This document shows, piece after piece, positions 1 to 8,712 of a DNA stretch of 32,000 nucleotides. Origin of the DNA: Nitrososphaerota archaeon. GTDB lineage: Archaea > Thermoproteota > Nitrososphaeria > Nitrososphaerales > UBA57. The translations under genes were made by a program, and so were the position numbers. Each line of letters opens with the position of its first letter. Within the stretch, counting starts at the first letter, position 1. The stretch lies in the NCBI GenBank assembly GCA_016871995.1, contig VHBL01000002.1, positions 90,001 to 122,000 on the forward strand, written 5' to 3'. Below the pieces are notes generated by a model. It was not told the origin of the DNA. It ran no database searches and saw nothing but the letters and a program-made list of their open reading frames with translations.

Positions 1-123
1 CAGCGGCAGATCCGATCGGTCTAGTACTTTGTACTGGAGCCGGTGGTTGAACTGTACTATCTAAGATCCTAACAGGCGTTCCACGCCTGTGTAGGGAATC
101 CTATTTAAGAACTCAAATAGTAG

Positions 124-213
124 CGGGCCCGGTGGGATTTGAACCCACGACCTTCGGCTCCGGAGGCCTGCGCTGAAGAATCAACGCCCTGATCCATGCT
201 AGGCTACGGGCCC
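124..213 (-). tRNA. tRNA-Arg (anticodon CCG) with a 14-nt non-canonical intron (window 168-181) in the 5' strand of the anticodon stem
   Basis: The reverse complement reads GGGCCCG-TA-GCCT-AGCATGGATCA-GGGC-G-TTG[ATTCTTCAGCGCAG]GC-CTCCGGA-GCCGA-AGGTC-GTGGG-TTCAAAT-CCCAC-CGGGCCC-G. This gives a 7-bp acceptor stem, a D arm (with a T13-G22 wobble), a 5-nt variable loop and a T arm with a TTCAAAT loop. Removing 14 nt gives the anticodon stem UUGGC/GCCGA closing the loop CU-CCG-GA (U33 and G37 present). No CCA is encoded. Confidence 0.85.
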
Positions 214-235
214 AATACGAAGCTGAGCATAGCAG

Positions 236-244
236 TATTTTAAA
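236..244. promoter_or_regulatory. TATA-like box (TATTTTAAA / TTTAAAATA) between the divergent tRNA-Arg and HAD-argS genes
   Basis: The AT-rich octamer is centred about 27 nt upstream of the tRNA 5' end (213, minus strand), which is the usual archaeal TATA-to-start spacing. It could also serve the plus-strand HAD gene (TTG at 273). Confidence 0.45.
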
Positions 245-272
245 GCCATGTAGTTTTTGATCTTGGTGTAAA

Positions 273-989
273 TTGGAAGTCAAAGCGTTCGCGATAGACC
301 TTGATGGCACGATGACTGATACTGCAGGTAGATTGAACCTTGATGCAGCACATGCTGCAAAATGGCTGTACAACGCGGGCTGTGAGATAATATTCGTAAG
401 CGGGAAGAGCAGTCAGGAAGTCTTTGCTCTAGCGTCATTTCTTGGGACTAGCAAGGTTGGAGTCGGGGAAAATGGGGGAGTCGTTCAAATTGGCCCAAGC
501 GAACTGGTTTTGCTTGGCGACAAGACCCATCCTCTTGCTGCCTACAGCTATCTTGCAGAGAGGGTGAAGAATGTCAAGCTGAAATCGGTATATCCACGCT
601 TTACAGAGGTCGTCATGGAGAGAACTTTCGACTTTACCAAGGGTGTGGACGTTATTGAGGAAAGCAAGTACCCAGTCTACCTTTCAGACAGCCTCTACGG
701 CTATCACATCACCTTGAGAGGCATAGACAAGGCAAGAGGTTTAAGAGAAGCCCTAAAATTTTTGAAAGTAAAACCTGAAAACTGCGTTGCAATAGGCGAT
801 AGTCAGACGGATGTTCCTTTGTTCAGGATGTGTGGCTACAGCATCACAGTTGGTAATGCAGCTGATGACGTGAAGGCCGAAGCAAAATTCTCTGCATTTG
901 CAGAAAATGGAGAGGGAACGGTTGAAGCATTAGAATATGTTGCAGAGCGCTTCCTTAAGGTCAAGCTTGGAGAAATTCCCCGTAAATGA
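273..989 (+). CDS. HAD-superfamily phosphatase (Cof/phosphoglycolate-phosphatase-like, HAD-IIB type)
   Basis: 238-aa ORF with a TTG start. HAD motif I is AIDLDGTMTD (DxDGT), motif II is VSGKS and motif IV is GDSQTD. The stop overlaps the argS start (ATGA at 986-989). Confidence 0.8.
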   Translation: MEVKAFAIDLDGTMTDTAGRLNLDAAHAAKWLYNAGCEIIFVSGKSSQEVFALASFLGTSKVGVGENGGVVQIGPSELVLLGDKTHPLAAYSYLAERVKNVKLKSVYPRFTEVVMERTFDFTKGVDVIEESKYPVYLSDSLYGYHITLRGIDKARGLREALKFLKVKPENCVAIGDSQTDVPLFRMCGYSITVGNAADDVKAEAKFSAFAENGEGTVEALEYVAERFLKVKLGEIPRK

Positions 990-2866
990 GTTTCAGAGTT
1001 TATAGAGATAGAGTCAAGGCAAAAGTCATAGCCGCTCTAGATGAAATTGGAGCCCCAAGAGTAGAGTTTGAGCCGCAGGAGCCTCCAAGGCCAGAATTCG
1101 GAGATATCTATGTAAACGTGGCATTTTCACTTGCAAAAGCTCTGAAAAAGAGTCCATACGAAATTGCAAAGATGCTTGCCGAAAAGATAGGAAGTGTTGA
1201 TAGTTTGTCCTGTGAGCCTTACCAACCGGGATACATTAATTTCAGAATCAACTATCCAGAGTTGGCATTCACAACTCTTGCCAGAGAAACAGCATTTCCA
1301 AACCTTGGCAGAGGGGAGAAGGTACTAGTTGAGCATACCAGCGTCAACCCTAATAAAGCACTGCATATCGGTCACGCAAGAAATGTTTTCCTTGGAGATT
1401 CAATTGCACGAATCCTCAGGTCTACTGGCTACAAGGTCTCAGTACTGAACTACGTTGATGACTCCGGGTTGCAAGTTGCTGACATTATCGTCGGCCTCCT
1501 TCACCTTGGTTTTGATGTTGAACCACAGAAGCAGGAAAAGTACGACCACTATGCTGGCGATACCATATATGTGCAGGTCAACGAACTCTATGAAAAAAAT
1601 CCCAAGCTGCAGGAGAAGAGAGGAGAAGTTCTAAAAGAAATAGAGGAAAGGAATTCAAAGACTGCTAAATTTGCTGCTGAAATCACAGAAAGAATTCTCA
1701 AAGAACAGCTAAAAACTTGCTGGAGGGTCGGCGCTTACTACGATTGCTTAGTCTTCGAGTCACACATACTTGCCACGAAGATGTGGGATAGTTTTTTCAA
1801 GATGCTGAAGGGGAAGAACATTGCAAAGTATGCGGAGTCTGGGGAACTTGCCGGTTGCTGGATAGCCATAACGAAAGAGGGGGAAGAGGATACTGAAAAG
1901 GTTCTTGTCAGGAGCAATGGCACAGCGACTTACATTGCAAAGGATATCCCGTTTGCAGCGTGGAAACTTGGCTTGACAGATGATAGATTTGGCTATAAGA
2001 TTTTTCTAAAACAGCCCAATGGGCAGAAATTATATGCTACAACGCTCGTTGGTAACGAAAAACACCCAGAGTTCTGGGATGCAAAGAAGGCGATTACGGT
2101 AATAGATGTCAGACAAAAGAGACTGCAAGATATAATCTCTGCAATACTCGCAGAACTTGCAGGCAGCAAAATAGTTTCGGGCTACATTCATCTTGGCTAT
2201 GAAGTTGTAACGCTTAGCAAAAACACAGTAGCGGAGCTCGGAATTGAGGCTGAAAAGAAGTTCCTGCAAATGTCTGGCAGGAAAGGAATATACATCAACC
2301 TCGACAATGCTCTTGACGCACTGCGCAAAAAAGCCCTTGCAGAAACCAAAAACAGAAACGAAGATCAAAGCAAGGAATGGTTAGAGGATGTTGCTGAAAA
2401 GATTGCCATAGCAGCTATAAGGTACGAACTGCTAAAACAGGATTTGGACAAAATAATTGTTTTTGACCTGCAGGAATCATTGAACCTTATTGGCGAAACT
2501 GGACCATACTTGCAGTACTCCTACGCGAGGGCTTCAAGGATACTCGAAAAAGCGAGTTTCGAAGCAGAGATTACAGAAAAATCTGCAGCGATGCTTGACA
2601 AGGAGTGGGAGATTGCATTAGTCAAAACACTAGCAAAGTTTGATATGAAGGTCGAGGAGGCATCGGTAAACGTTGCACCGAAAGTTCTTGCAAGGTATGC
2701 ATTCCAAATTTCGTCATTGTTCAATTCCTTCTACGAAAAAAGTCCTGTCATTTCGGAAGCTAACGAAGAAGTAAAGAAGGCAAGGCTTGCACTCGTTAGC
2801 ATGTTCAGAAACACGTTAGGAAGGACTGCAGAATTGTTAGGAATAGAGACACCATCACGCATCTAG
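986..2866 (+). CDS. argS: Arginyl-tRNA synthetase
   Basis: 626 aa. It has the class I HIGH region (SVNPNKALHIGHARN), an MSGRKG variant of KMSKS, and a length and C-terminal anticodon-binding region typical of ArgRS. Confidence 0.95.
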   Translation: MSFRVYRDRVKAKVIAALDEIGAPRVEFEPQEPPRPEFGDIYVNVAFSLAKALKKSPYEIAKMLAEKIGSVDSLSCEPYQPGYINFRINYPELAFTTLARETAFPNLGRGEKVLVEHTSVNPNKALHIGHARNVFLGDSIARILRSTGYKVSVLNYVDDSGLQVADIIVGLLHLGFDVEPQKQEKYDHYAGDTIYVQVNELYEKNPKLQEKRGEVLKEIEERNSKTAKFAAEITERILKEQLKTCWRVGAYYDCLVFESHILATKMWDSFFKMLKGKNIAKYAESGELAGCWIAITKEGEEDTEKVLVRSNGTATYIAKDIPFAAWKLGLTDDRFGYKIFLKQPNGQKLYATTLVGNEKHPEFWDAKKAITVIDVRQKRLQDIISAILAELAGSKIVSGYIHLGYEVVTLSKNTVAELGIEAEKKFLQMSGRKGIYINLDNALDALRKKALAETKNRNEDQSKEWLEDVAEKIAIAAIRYELLKQDLDKIIVFDLQESLNLIGETGPYLQYSYARASRILEKASFEAEITEKSAAMLDKEWEIALVKTLAKFDMKVEEASVNVAPKVLARYAFQISSLFNSFYEKSPVISEANEEVKKARLALVSMFRNTLGRTAELLGIETPSRI

Positions 2867-3014
2867 CCTTCTGATTGAGGACAAATTAACAGTACCCCAT
2901 AAAACCAAACATTGACACCTTGCTCCACGCTTACGATCCCCGTTGTAGCTTTGCACGCAGAGGGGCACATATCATGACTACAGCCTATTCAGCAAAAGCA
3001 TGTGCAAAAACACA

Positions 3015-4676
3015 TCAGGTCTTGATGATCTTTGCTATCTCGTCCCTCGCAGCTAGGACTACGTTAGGGGCCAGTATTGGAAAGAAGGGCTCGTAGTATT
3101 TTACCTTCAGGGATGCTTGAACGATCTTCTTGCTTCCATGGGCTAGATAGCCTTCTAGGAACGCCTTGACAAAATCCCTAACATGCTTTCCATTCGCATT
3201 CAATCTGAGAGAATAATAGATGAAGACGGAGATATCCCAAGCTCTGTCTCCATCCTTTCTTGCCTGCTCAAGGTCTGTAATGAAAATCTTGGAATCGGTC
3301 TTTATGGCATTGTTGGGCTTTGCATCACCAAGAGCATATCCCAGAGAGTGTATCTTGGCCAGAATCTCCCCGTATTTTTTGATTGGCGAATAGTCCCCTG
3401 TTTTCCCAGCGAGGACTTCTTTTGTAATCTTGCCCAGATCTTCGCCCTCTATGAATTTGGTTACAAGAATCCTTTTGGGTAACGCGACCGCGATTATGCT
3501 GGGAACATCAATCTCTGCATCACGAAATTCTCTTAATGCTACATACTCTCGTGTTAGCCTAGCTAGAGGCGTTATCTCAAACTTCCTACCGTTAGCAGTC
3601 CAGAAGTTAAGCAGGAACCACTTAACCGATCTTAAATCCCTGTATGATTTGACAGCTAACCTTTCTGTTCTGTCTCCTTCTTTTATCATGTATTCCTTCA
3701 GAAGCGCGTATGGGCCTCCAACACTTTTTACTGATATGGATACCTTCTCTCCAAAAAGGAGGTAAGTTAAGAGGTCTTTGCGCCATTGCGAGCCATCCAT
3801 TATTAGACGACCTTCGTCTATCCGAAGCATACTCTTGGGGTTTTTCAGAAATTGTGGAATTTTTTCTATCGTCTTAGAGCGAGAGATTTTTGACAGCAGT
3901 TCCTTTCTTACTATACTTACTTTCACTCTCCCTGCATAACCATGTACTGCGTACTGTCTCAAGCCCCTTTCCGTGACTGCAAGCAAGGATTGGAGTTTTG
4001 CCAGCTGCTTTTTGGTCGCAGCGCCCGTTATCCTGAAACTGCTGCCGTCTAAACTTATCAGTGAATCTTTTGCGAATTCTTGCAGGGCCTTTACGAATCC
4101 CATGCAGGATAATGCCAGATTTTTCTTTCCGCCATCACCCGAATACGTTTTGACGTAGCTGTATAATGCTGGAGGATAGATTGCAGCCCTCTTCTTCAGC
4201 TTCTGGTAGAGTATGTATTCTACGGGGATCAGAAGGTTTCTTGAGAAGTCACCATAATCTGCTACTAACTCTGCAATAGCCTCCAATGCTACCCTCTTCT
4301 TGTACGCACTTTCTACTCTAGCGAAATATTCTGCGCCCGAAAGTGACTCGTAAACATTAAGGAATCTTCCTACTGCAAATTCCCCAAGAGATGCATTCTG
4401 CGCATCTCTGAGCAAAAGGTCGCTGTCTATGACCAATGCAGAGACTTCTGCTTGGCCCTTGAAGTAGTTATAACGCACTCTTTGTTTGTAGCCCTTTATT
4501 GCTATTATCAAATCGTAGTCGCTATCTGTCCTAGCATACCCTGCTACTTGAGAACCGTAGACGCATATCCCTGCGACTTGCTGACCATCTGTTATCTCGG
4601 CTATTGTAGCTAGCAGGGCCTCCTTCTCGGCCGCAGCTAGCTTCCGTGCTCCTCTAAACTCTCTGGGCGCGCTCAA
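3015..4676 (-). CDS. Fusion protein: N-terminal Pol-beta-type nucleotidyltransferase domain plus C-terminal RIO/Bud32-like atypical protein-kinase-fold domain
   Basis: 553 aa with a TTG start. The N-terminus has the minimal NTase signature CVYGSQVAGYARTDSDYDLIIAI (GS...DxD). The C-terminal ~200 aa carry kinase-fold motifs: LAVKSY (VAIK-like Lys), the catalytic loop LGDAKPNN, and ITDLEQA (a DFG-equivalent Asp followed by Q, as in RIO kinases). The 5' end overlaps the upstream HExxH gene by 23 nt. Confidence 0.65.
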   Translation of the reverse strand: MSAPREFRGARKLAAAEKEALLATIAEITDGQQVAGICVYGSQVAGYARTDSDYDLIIAIKGYKQRVRYNYFKGQAEVSALVIDSDLLLRDAQNASLGEFAVGRFLNVYESLSGAEYFARVESAYKKRVALEAIAELVADYGDFSRNLLIPVEYILYQKLKKRAAIYPPALYSYVKTYSGDGGKKNLALSCMGFVKALQEFAKDSLISLDGSSFRITGAATKKQLAKLQSLLAVTERGLRQYAVHGYAGRVKVSIVRKELLSKISRSKTIEKIPQFLKNPKSMLRIDEGRLIMDGSQWRKDLLTYLLFGEKVSISVKSVGGPYALLKEYMIKEGDRTERLAVKSYRDLRSVKWFLLNFWTANGRKFEITPLARLTREYVALREFRDAEIDVPSIIAVALPKRILVTKFIEGEDLGKITKEVLAGKTGDYSPIKKYGEILAKIHSLGYALGDAKPNNAIKTDSKIFITDLEQARKDGDRAWDISVFIYYSLRLNANGKHVRDFVKAFLEGYLAHGSKKIVQASLKVKYYEPFFPILAPNVVLAARDEIAKIIKT

Positions 4677-5352
4677 TTACCATCCTGTCCAGCTCCTCAA
4701 TACGCATCTTGACCATAAGGTCAAAGTTGGATTTTAGTAGTGCCGACACTGGTATCCTCATGGTGTTACTCTCTGGGGGTATGCGCAGAATTGGTAACTC
4801 CTTTGCTACCCAGTTCTTCGTGGTTTTTTCGTGTAGCTTAGGGTCGTTCAGCCCGCCTGCAAATTTTTTTTCGAGCAAATTCACCAGACGCTTGTCCTTG
4901 AAGAGTAATTTTGGATCATATAATCTGTCGGCATCGGCATAGATTGATTCGTAAATCGTTGTGGAAATTTCTTCAGCCAGAGAATCCATCTTGGTGAACT
5001 TCCTTACAAATTCTACATAGTGCAAGAATTCATGCGCTAGAACAGCATTGATCGTTGACACAGATGCATAAGCTACCAGAGCCGCCGATAATTGGACGAC
5101 TATCTCCACTCCAGCACTGACCACAGGCATCGTCCTTGCGTACATGACACCAAACTGCCCCATTTCATGGGTGGTTTGTGTTACTGGCAATACTGGCTCG
5201 ATGTAATATTTTGGATAAAGGAGGTTTGCAGCAATCTGCACCCTCCTGATACCTTTCTCAACGTATTTCGTCCTCCTCAAAACTGAAGACTTTACTATAT
5301 CAGGTAAGATATTTTTATTTTCGGGCTGACTGAACCTTACCAGTGGATCCAA
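4654..5352 (-). CDS. Hypothetical protein with an HExxH (zincin-like) motif
   Basis: 232-aa ORF containing AVLAHEFLHYVEF. I recognise no other family. The 3' end overlaps the NTase-kinase gene by 23 nt, which implies co-transcription. Confidence 0.6.
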   Translation of the reverse strand: MDPLVRFSQPENKNILPDIVKSSVLRRTKYVEKGIRRVQIAANLLYPKYYIEPVLPVTQTTHEMGQFGVMYARTMPVVSAGVEIVVQLSAALVAYASVSTINAVLAHEFLHYVEFVRKFTKMDSLAEEISTTIYESIYADADRLYDPKLLFKDKRLVNLLEKKFAGGLNDPKLHEKTTKNWVAKELPILRIPPESNTMRIPVSALLKSNFDLMVKMRIEELDRMVIERAQRV

Positions 5353-5384
5353 ACATTATCCTGCAGTGATGGAAGGCTAAAAAG

Positions 5385-5861
5385 TTATTCGCTAGTCCCG
5401 CTACTATTAAGCTCTTTATATTCTGGGTCCTTCCTCGTCCTTTTCATTTCTATGAAGGTTTCAGTGTGCTGCACTCCATTTATCTTCCCCATCTTCGCTG
5501 AAATGACATCATGCAGATCGTCCAGAGACCTTGCCTTTACATTTACCAAGAGGTCGAACCTGCCAGTAACTTCGGAGATGTCTCTGACCTGATCTAGCTC
5601 GAATATCTCTTTGACGATGCTCTCCCTCAACCTTGAGTCTATATTGCAGCCTATGACTGCGTCAACAGTATAGCCAAGGAGTTTTTCGTTCACTAAGACT
5701 GTAAATCTCTGGACAAGGTTCCTTTTTGAGAGCCTCTTTATTCTGCTGTACGCTACGGACTGATTCACAGCTATCTTCTTGCTGAGCTTGGGGACGGATA
5801 TACTTGCGTCTTTTACTAATTCGGTCAGGATTTTTAGGTCTAGCTCATCAATCTTTGCCAT
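5385..5861 (-). CDS. Lrp/AsnC-family transcriptional regulator
   Basis: 158 aa. It has an N-terminal HTH (LDLKILTELVKDASISVPKLSKKIAVNQSVAYSRIKRL) followed by an RAM/AsnC_trans_reg-like C-terminal domain. Confidence 0.9.
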   Translation of the reverse strand: MAKIDELDLKILTELVKDASISVPKLSKKIAVNQSVAYSRIKRLSKRNLVQRFTVLVNEKLLGYTVDAVIGCNIDSRLRESIVKEIFELDQVRDISEVTGRFDLLVNVKARSLDDLHDVISAKMGKINGVQHTETFIEMKRTRKDPEYKELNSSGTSE

Positions 5862-5911
5862 TTTTGTTTCCTTCCTATGTTTTCACGGAAATTTTATGGA
5901 ATTTAAGGATT

Positions 5912-6988
5912 TTAGAGTAATTCTGATTTTTCAAGTATCTCGGCCGTCAGTACTGCACCCTTTGCAGCTCCCATTTTTGTATTATGAGATACAAGGACGT
6001 ACTTGATACCGTTCTCGAACACTGCATCTTTCCTTATCCTACCTACCGTGGTAGTCATCCCGTCTTCACTGTCTCTGTCCAGCCTTGGCTGGGGTCTAAA
6101 TGGGTCATCGGAAACGGTTATCATCTCATTTGGCGCTGAAGGGAGGCCTCTGCTGGCCAGTTTCTTCGAGTATCTATTCATCGATTTTACTACATCTTCT
6201 GGCTCTGCCTTCCTTACCGTCTCTGCAAAGACAGTTTCCGTATGACCCTCTCTGACGTTTACTCTTGTGCAGGTACAGCTGACCTTGAAGTCTGCAGGAA
6301 TTATCAAATTCGAATTGAGCTTGCCTAAAATCTTCTTCGCCTCTATCTGAACTTTCTCTTCCTCCTTCGGGATGTATGGAATCACGTTGTCAGTAATGTC
6401 TAATGCTAGAACTCCAGGGCTTCTCCCTGCACCTGAAACTGCCTGCATAGAGGTCATTATGACATTCTTTATCCCGAAATCATCGAATATGGGCTTCAGA
6501 GTTATCGCCATTCCTGTAGTGGTGCAGTTTGGCTGCGGTGAAATGAAACCCTCCCATCCTCTTTTCTTCTTCTGGTACGCTAGCAGTCCTAAATGCTCCT
6601 CGTTGACACCTGGAATTATTATCGGCACATCGTCATCATACCTGAAAGCTGCAGCGGTGCTGACTACGGGAGTCGTCCTCGCATATTTGGCATCTAATTG
6701 CCTTGAAGAGTCGCTCTCCAACGACGAAAAGATTATGTCGTATTTTGAAGCGTCAAGCGTATCTCCCAGCAAAACTTCCTGCTCCAATACGTCGGGTTCT
6801 GGCGATTCCCTGCAGAACCAGTTCATTGCGCCACTCTTCTCATCTTTAACTGCATTGCCGTATCTCTTGCCTGCGGAACGCTCCGAGGCTGCAAGACCAA
6901 CTATTTCGAACCATGGATGGTTCTGAAGGGCAACTATGAATTGCTGCCCGACTACTCCAGTCGCTCCTACTATGGCTGCTTTTAGCAT
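5912..6988 (-). CDS. asd: Aspartate-semialdehyde dehydrogenase (archaeal type). A paralogous acyl-CoA/semialdehyde reductase function cannot be excluded.
   Basis: 358 aa. It has the N-terminal Rossmann motif IVGATGVVGQ, the active-site Cys context QPNCTTTG and MQAVSGAG. Confidence 0.85.
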   Translation of the reverse strand: MLKAAIVGATGVVGQQFIVALQNHPWFEIVGLAASERSAGKRYGNAVKDEKSGAMNWFCRESPEPDVLEQEVLLGDTLDASKYDIIFSSLESDSSRQLDAKYARTTPVVSTAAAFRYDDDVPIIIPGVNEEHLGLLAYQKKKRGWEGFISPQPNCTTTGMAITLKPIFDDFGIKNVIMTSMQAVSGAGRSPGVLALDITDNVIPYIPKEEEKVQIEAKKILGKLNSNLIIPADFKVSCTCTRVNVREGHTETVFAETVRKAEPEDVVKSMNRYSKKLASRGLPSAPNEMITVSDDPFRPQPRLDRDSEDGMTTTVGRIRKDAVFENGIKYVLVSHNTKMGAAKGAVLTAEILEKSELL

Positions 6989-7061
6989 ATCTAATCCGCT
7001 CTAGGTTTCAGGAATAACTCTGGTAGTGGTTAAATAATAAACGTTAATCTCTATTAAGTGC

Positions 7062-7244
7062 ATGAATAGAAAACTTAAGAGCCTTTCTTTCTTTGTTTTA
7101 GCAGGCATTCTGGGTTTGATAGCCTCAAACTTCCTTATAGTGCAAGTTGTCGATGCTACAATAATCAATCTGGTAGTCGGTTTCTTTTCTGCAGTAGCCT
7201 CTCTTTCTGCTCTTTCTATTGGCATTGCGAATTTAATCGAATAG
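7062..7244 (+). CDS. Small putative membrane protein (two predicted TM helices)
   Basis: 60 aa: MNRKLKSLSFFVLAGILGLIASNFLIV...VVGFFSAVASLSALSIGIANLIE, i.e. a basic N-terminus followed by two hydrophobic stretches. An AT-rich TATA-like AAATAATAAA lies about 25 nt upstream of the ATG. The overlapping minus-strand ORF 7001-7225 looks non-coding. Confidence 0.4.
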   Translation: MNRKLKSLSFFVLAGILGLIASNFLIVQVVDATIINLVVGFFSAVASLSALSIGIANLIE

Positions 7245-7311
7245 ATTTGATCGCTATCAATTCACGTCAGAAGGCAGAATCTATTTTATGCCCCCCAAGC
7301 TATGACATCTG

Positions 7312-8712
7312 ATGTCACTAAAGTTCTTCAATACATTGGGGAGGAAGATGGAAGAATTCAAACCTCTTAGTGGCAACCATGTCAGAATGTACACCTGCGG
7401 GCCAACAGTATATGATTATCCTCACATAGGAAATTATAGAACATTCGTCTTTGAAGATATTCTCCGGAAATACCTGAAATTCAAAGGCTACAAGATAACC
7501 CAAGTGATGAACTTAACCGACGTAGATGACAAAACTATTGCAGGCTCGCAGAAAGCAAGAATTCCTCTGAAAGAACATACGGCCAAGTATGCTAAAGTTT
7601 TCTTCGAAGACCTTGAGCAGCTCCAGATCGAAAGAGCGGAATTCTATCCCCGAGCAACGGAATTTATAGATGATATGGTTAGTTTTGTCAAAAAATTAAT
7701 TGAAAAGGGCTATGCATATACAAGCGAAGGCTCAGTATATTTTGATATTACCAAATTCAAGAAATATGGAAATTTGTCTGGTCTTGTAATTAATGAACTA
7801 AAATCTGGTGCCAGAGTCAAGGTAGATGATTACAAAAAGGAGGACGCTCAGGATTTTGCATTATGGAAGGCTTGGGATGATGCAGACAGGGACGTTTTCT
7901 GGAATACCGATATCGGGAAGGGAAGGCCTGGTTGGCACATAGAATGCTCCGTCATGTCAACTAAACTACTAGGGGAAACATTCGATGTACATACAGGAGG
8001 CGTCGACCTAATATTCCCTCATCATGAGAACGAAATAGCGCAATCGGAAGCATTGACGGGCAAAAGGTTTGTTCGATACTGGTTGCACTCGGAGCATCTG
8101 ATAGTTGAAGGACGAAAGATGTCAAAGTCGCTAGGAAACTTCTACACCCCAAGACAACTAATCGAAATGGGTCACGATCCGATAGCAATTCGATACCTCC
8201 TGATTTCGGCACATTATAGAGCACAGCTGAACTTCACCTTTGAAGGACTAAAGCAAGCTAGAGCTTCTTTGCAAAGGTTGCAGGCGTTTTACGGAAGGTT
8301 GCAGACAGCGAATGGGACTAATGACAGCAAAGAATTCCAACACTTGACAGAATCTACATTAAAGAGGTTTGAAGGGGCCATGGATGACGATCTCAATACT
8401 CCTCTTGCTCTAGCGGCAGTCTTCGACTATATCAGGGATGCCAATAGGATTCTGGATGCCGGAAAGTTTTCAGAAGATGACAAGGAAAAGGCTCTAGAGG
8501 TTTTGCAGAAGATAGACTCTGTGTTTTCAATTATGCGAGTTCCTGATTGTGCAATTGACAAGGATATTGAAGAGCTAATAGTGAAGAGAAACAAGGCAAG
8601 GGCAGAGAAGAACTGGACCTTAGCAGACAGAATAAGGACCGAAATTTATCAAAGGGGTTTCATCCTAGAAGACACGCCAGCAGGCACTAGAGCGAAGAAG
8701 GTTATCTTTTGA
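7312..8712 (+). CDS. cysS: Cysteinyl-tRNA synthetase
   Basis: 466 aa with CGPTVYDYPHIGNYRT (HIGH), KMSKSLGN and WHIECS zinc/cysteine-site context. Confidence 0.95.
   Translation: MSLKFFNTLGRKMEEFKPLSGNHVRMYTCGPTVYDYPHIGNYRTFVFEDILRKYLKFKGYKITQVMNLTDVDDKTIAGSQKARIPLKEHTAKYAKVFFEDLEQLQIERAEFYPRATEFIDDMVSFVKKLIEKGYAYTSEGSVYFDITKFKKYGNLSGLVINELKSGARVKVDDYKKEDAQDFALWKAWDDADRDVFWNTDIGKGRPGWHIECSVMSTKLLGETFDVHTGGVDLIFPHHENEIAQSEALTGKRFVRYWLHSEHLIVEGRKMSKSLGNFYTPRQLIEMGHDPIAIRYLLISAHYRAQLNFTFEGLKQARASLQRLQAFYGRLQTANGTNDSKEFQHLTESTLKRFEGAMDDDLNTPLALAAVFDYIRDANRILDAGKFSEDDKEKALEVLQKIDSVFSIMRVPDCAIDKDIEELIVKRNKARAEKNWTLADRIRTEIYQRGFILEDTPAGTRAKKVIF

Noticed and set aside
12-38. Palindrome CCGATCGG and an 8-bp hairpin TCTAGTAC-TTT-GTACTGGA at the left window edge
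   Set aside because: It is too close to the edge to interpret, since it could belong to an upstream gene's terminator or to an ncRNA outside the window. There is no supporting context.
113-373. 86-aa minus-strand ORF
   Set aside because: It is read straight through the tRNA-Arg gene and its promoter. The sequence is low-complexity and tRNA-derived, so it is not a gene.
6372-6926. 184-aa plus-strand ORF inside asd, with similar antisense ORFs inside psmB (19956-20429), the GTPase gene (10262-10651) and the surface-protein gene
   Set aside because: All are shadow ORFs opposite genes with strong family signatures. None has motifs of its own.
7001-7225. 74-aa minus-strand ORF overlapping the small membrane-protein ORF
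   Set aside because: Its composition is charged and irregular and it has no plausible promoter. The plus-strand alternative has a TATA-like box at the right distance and two clean hydrophobic helices.
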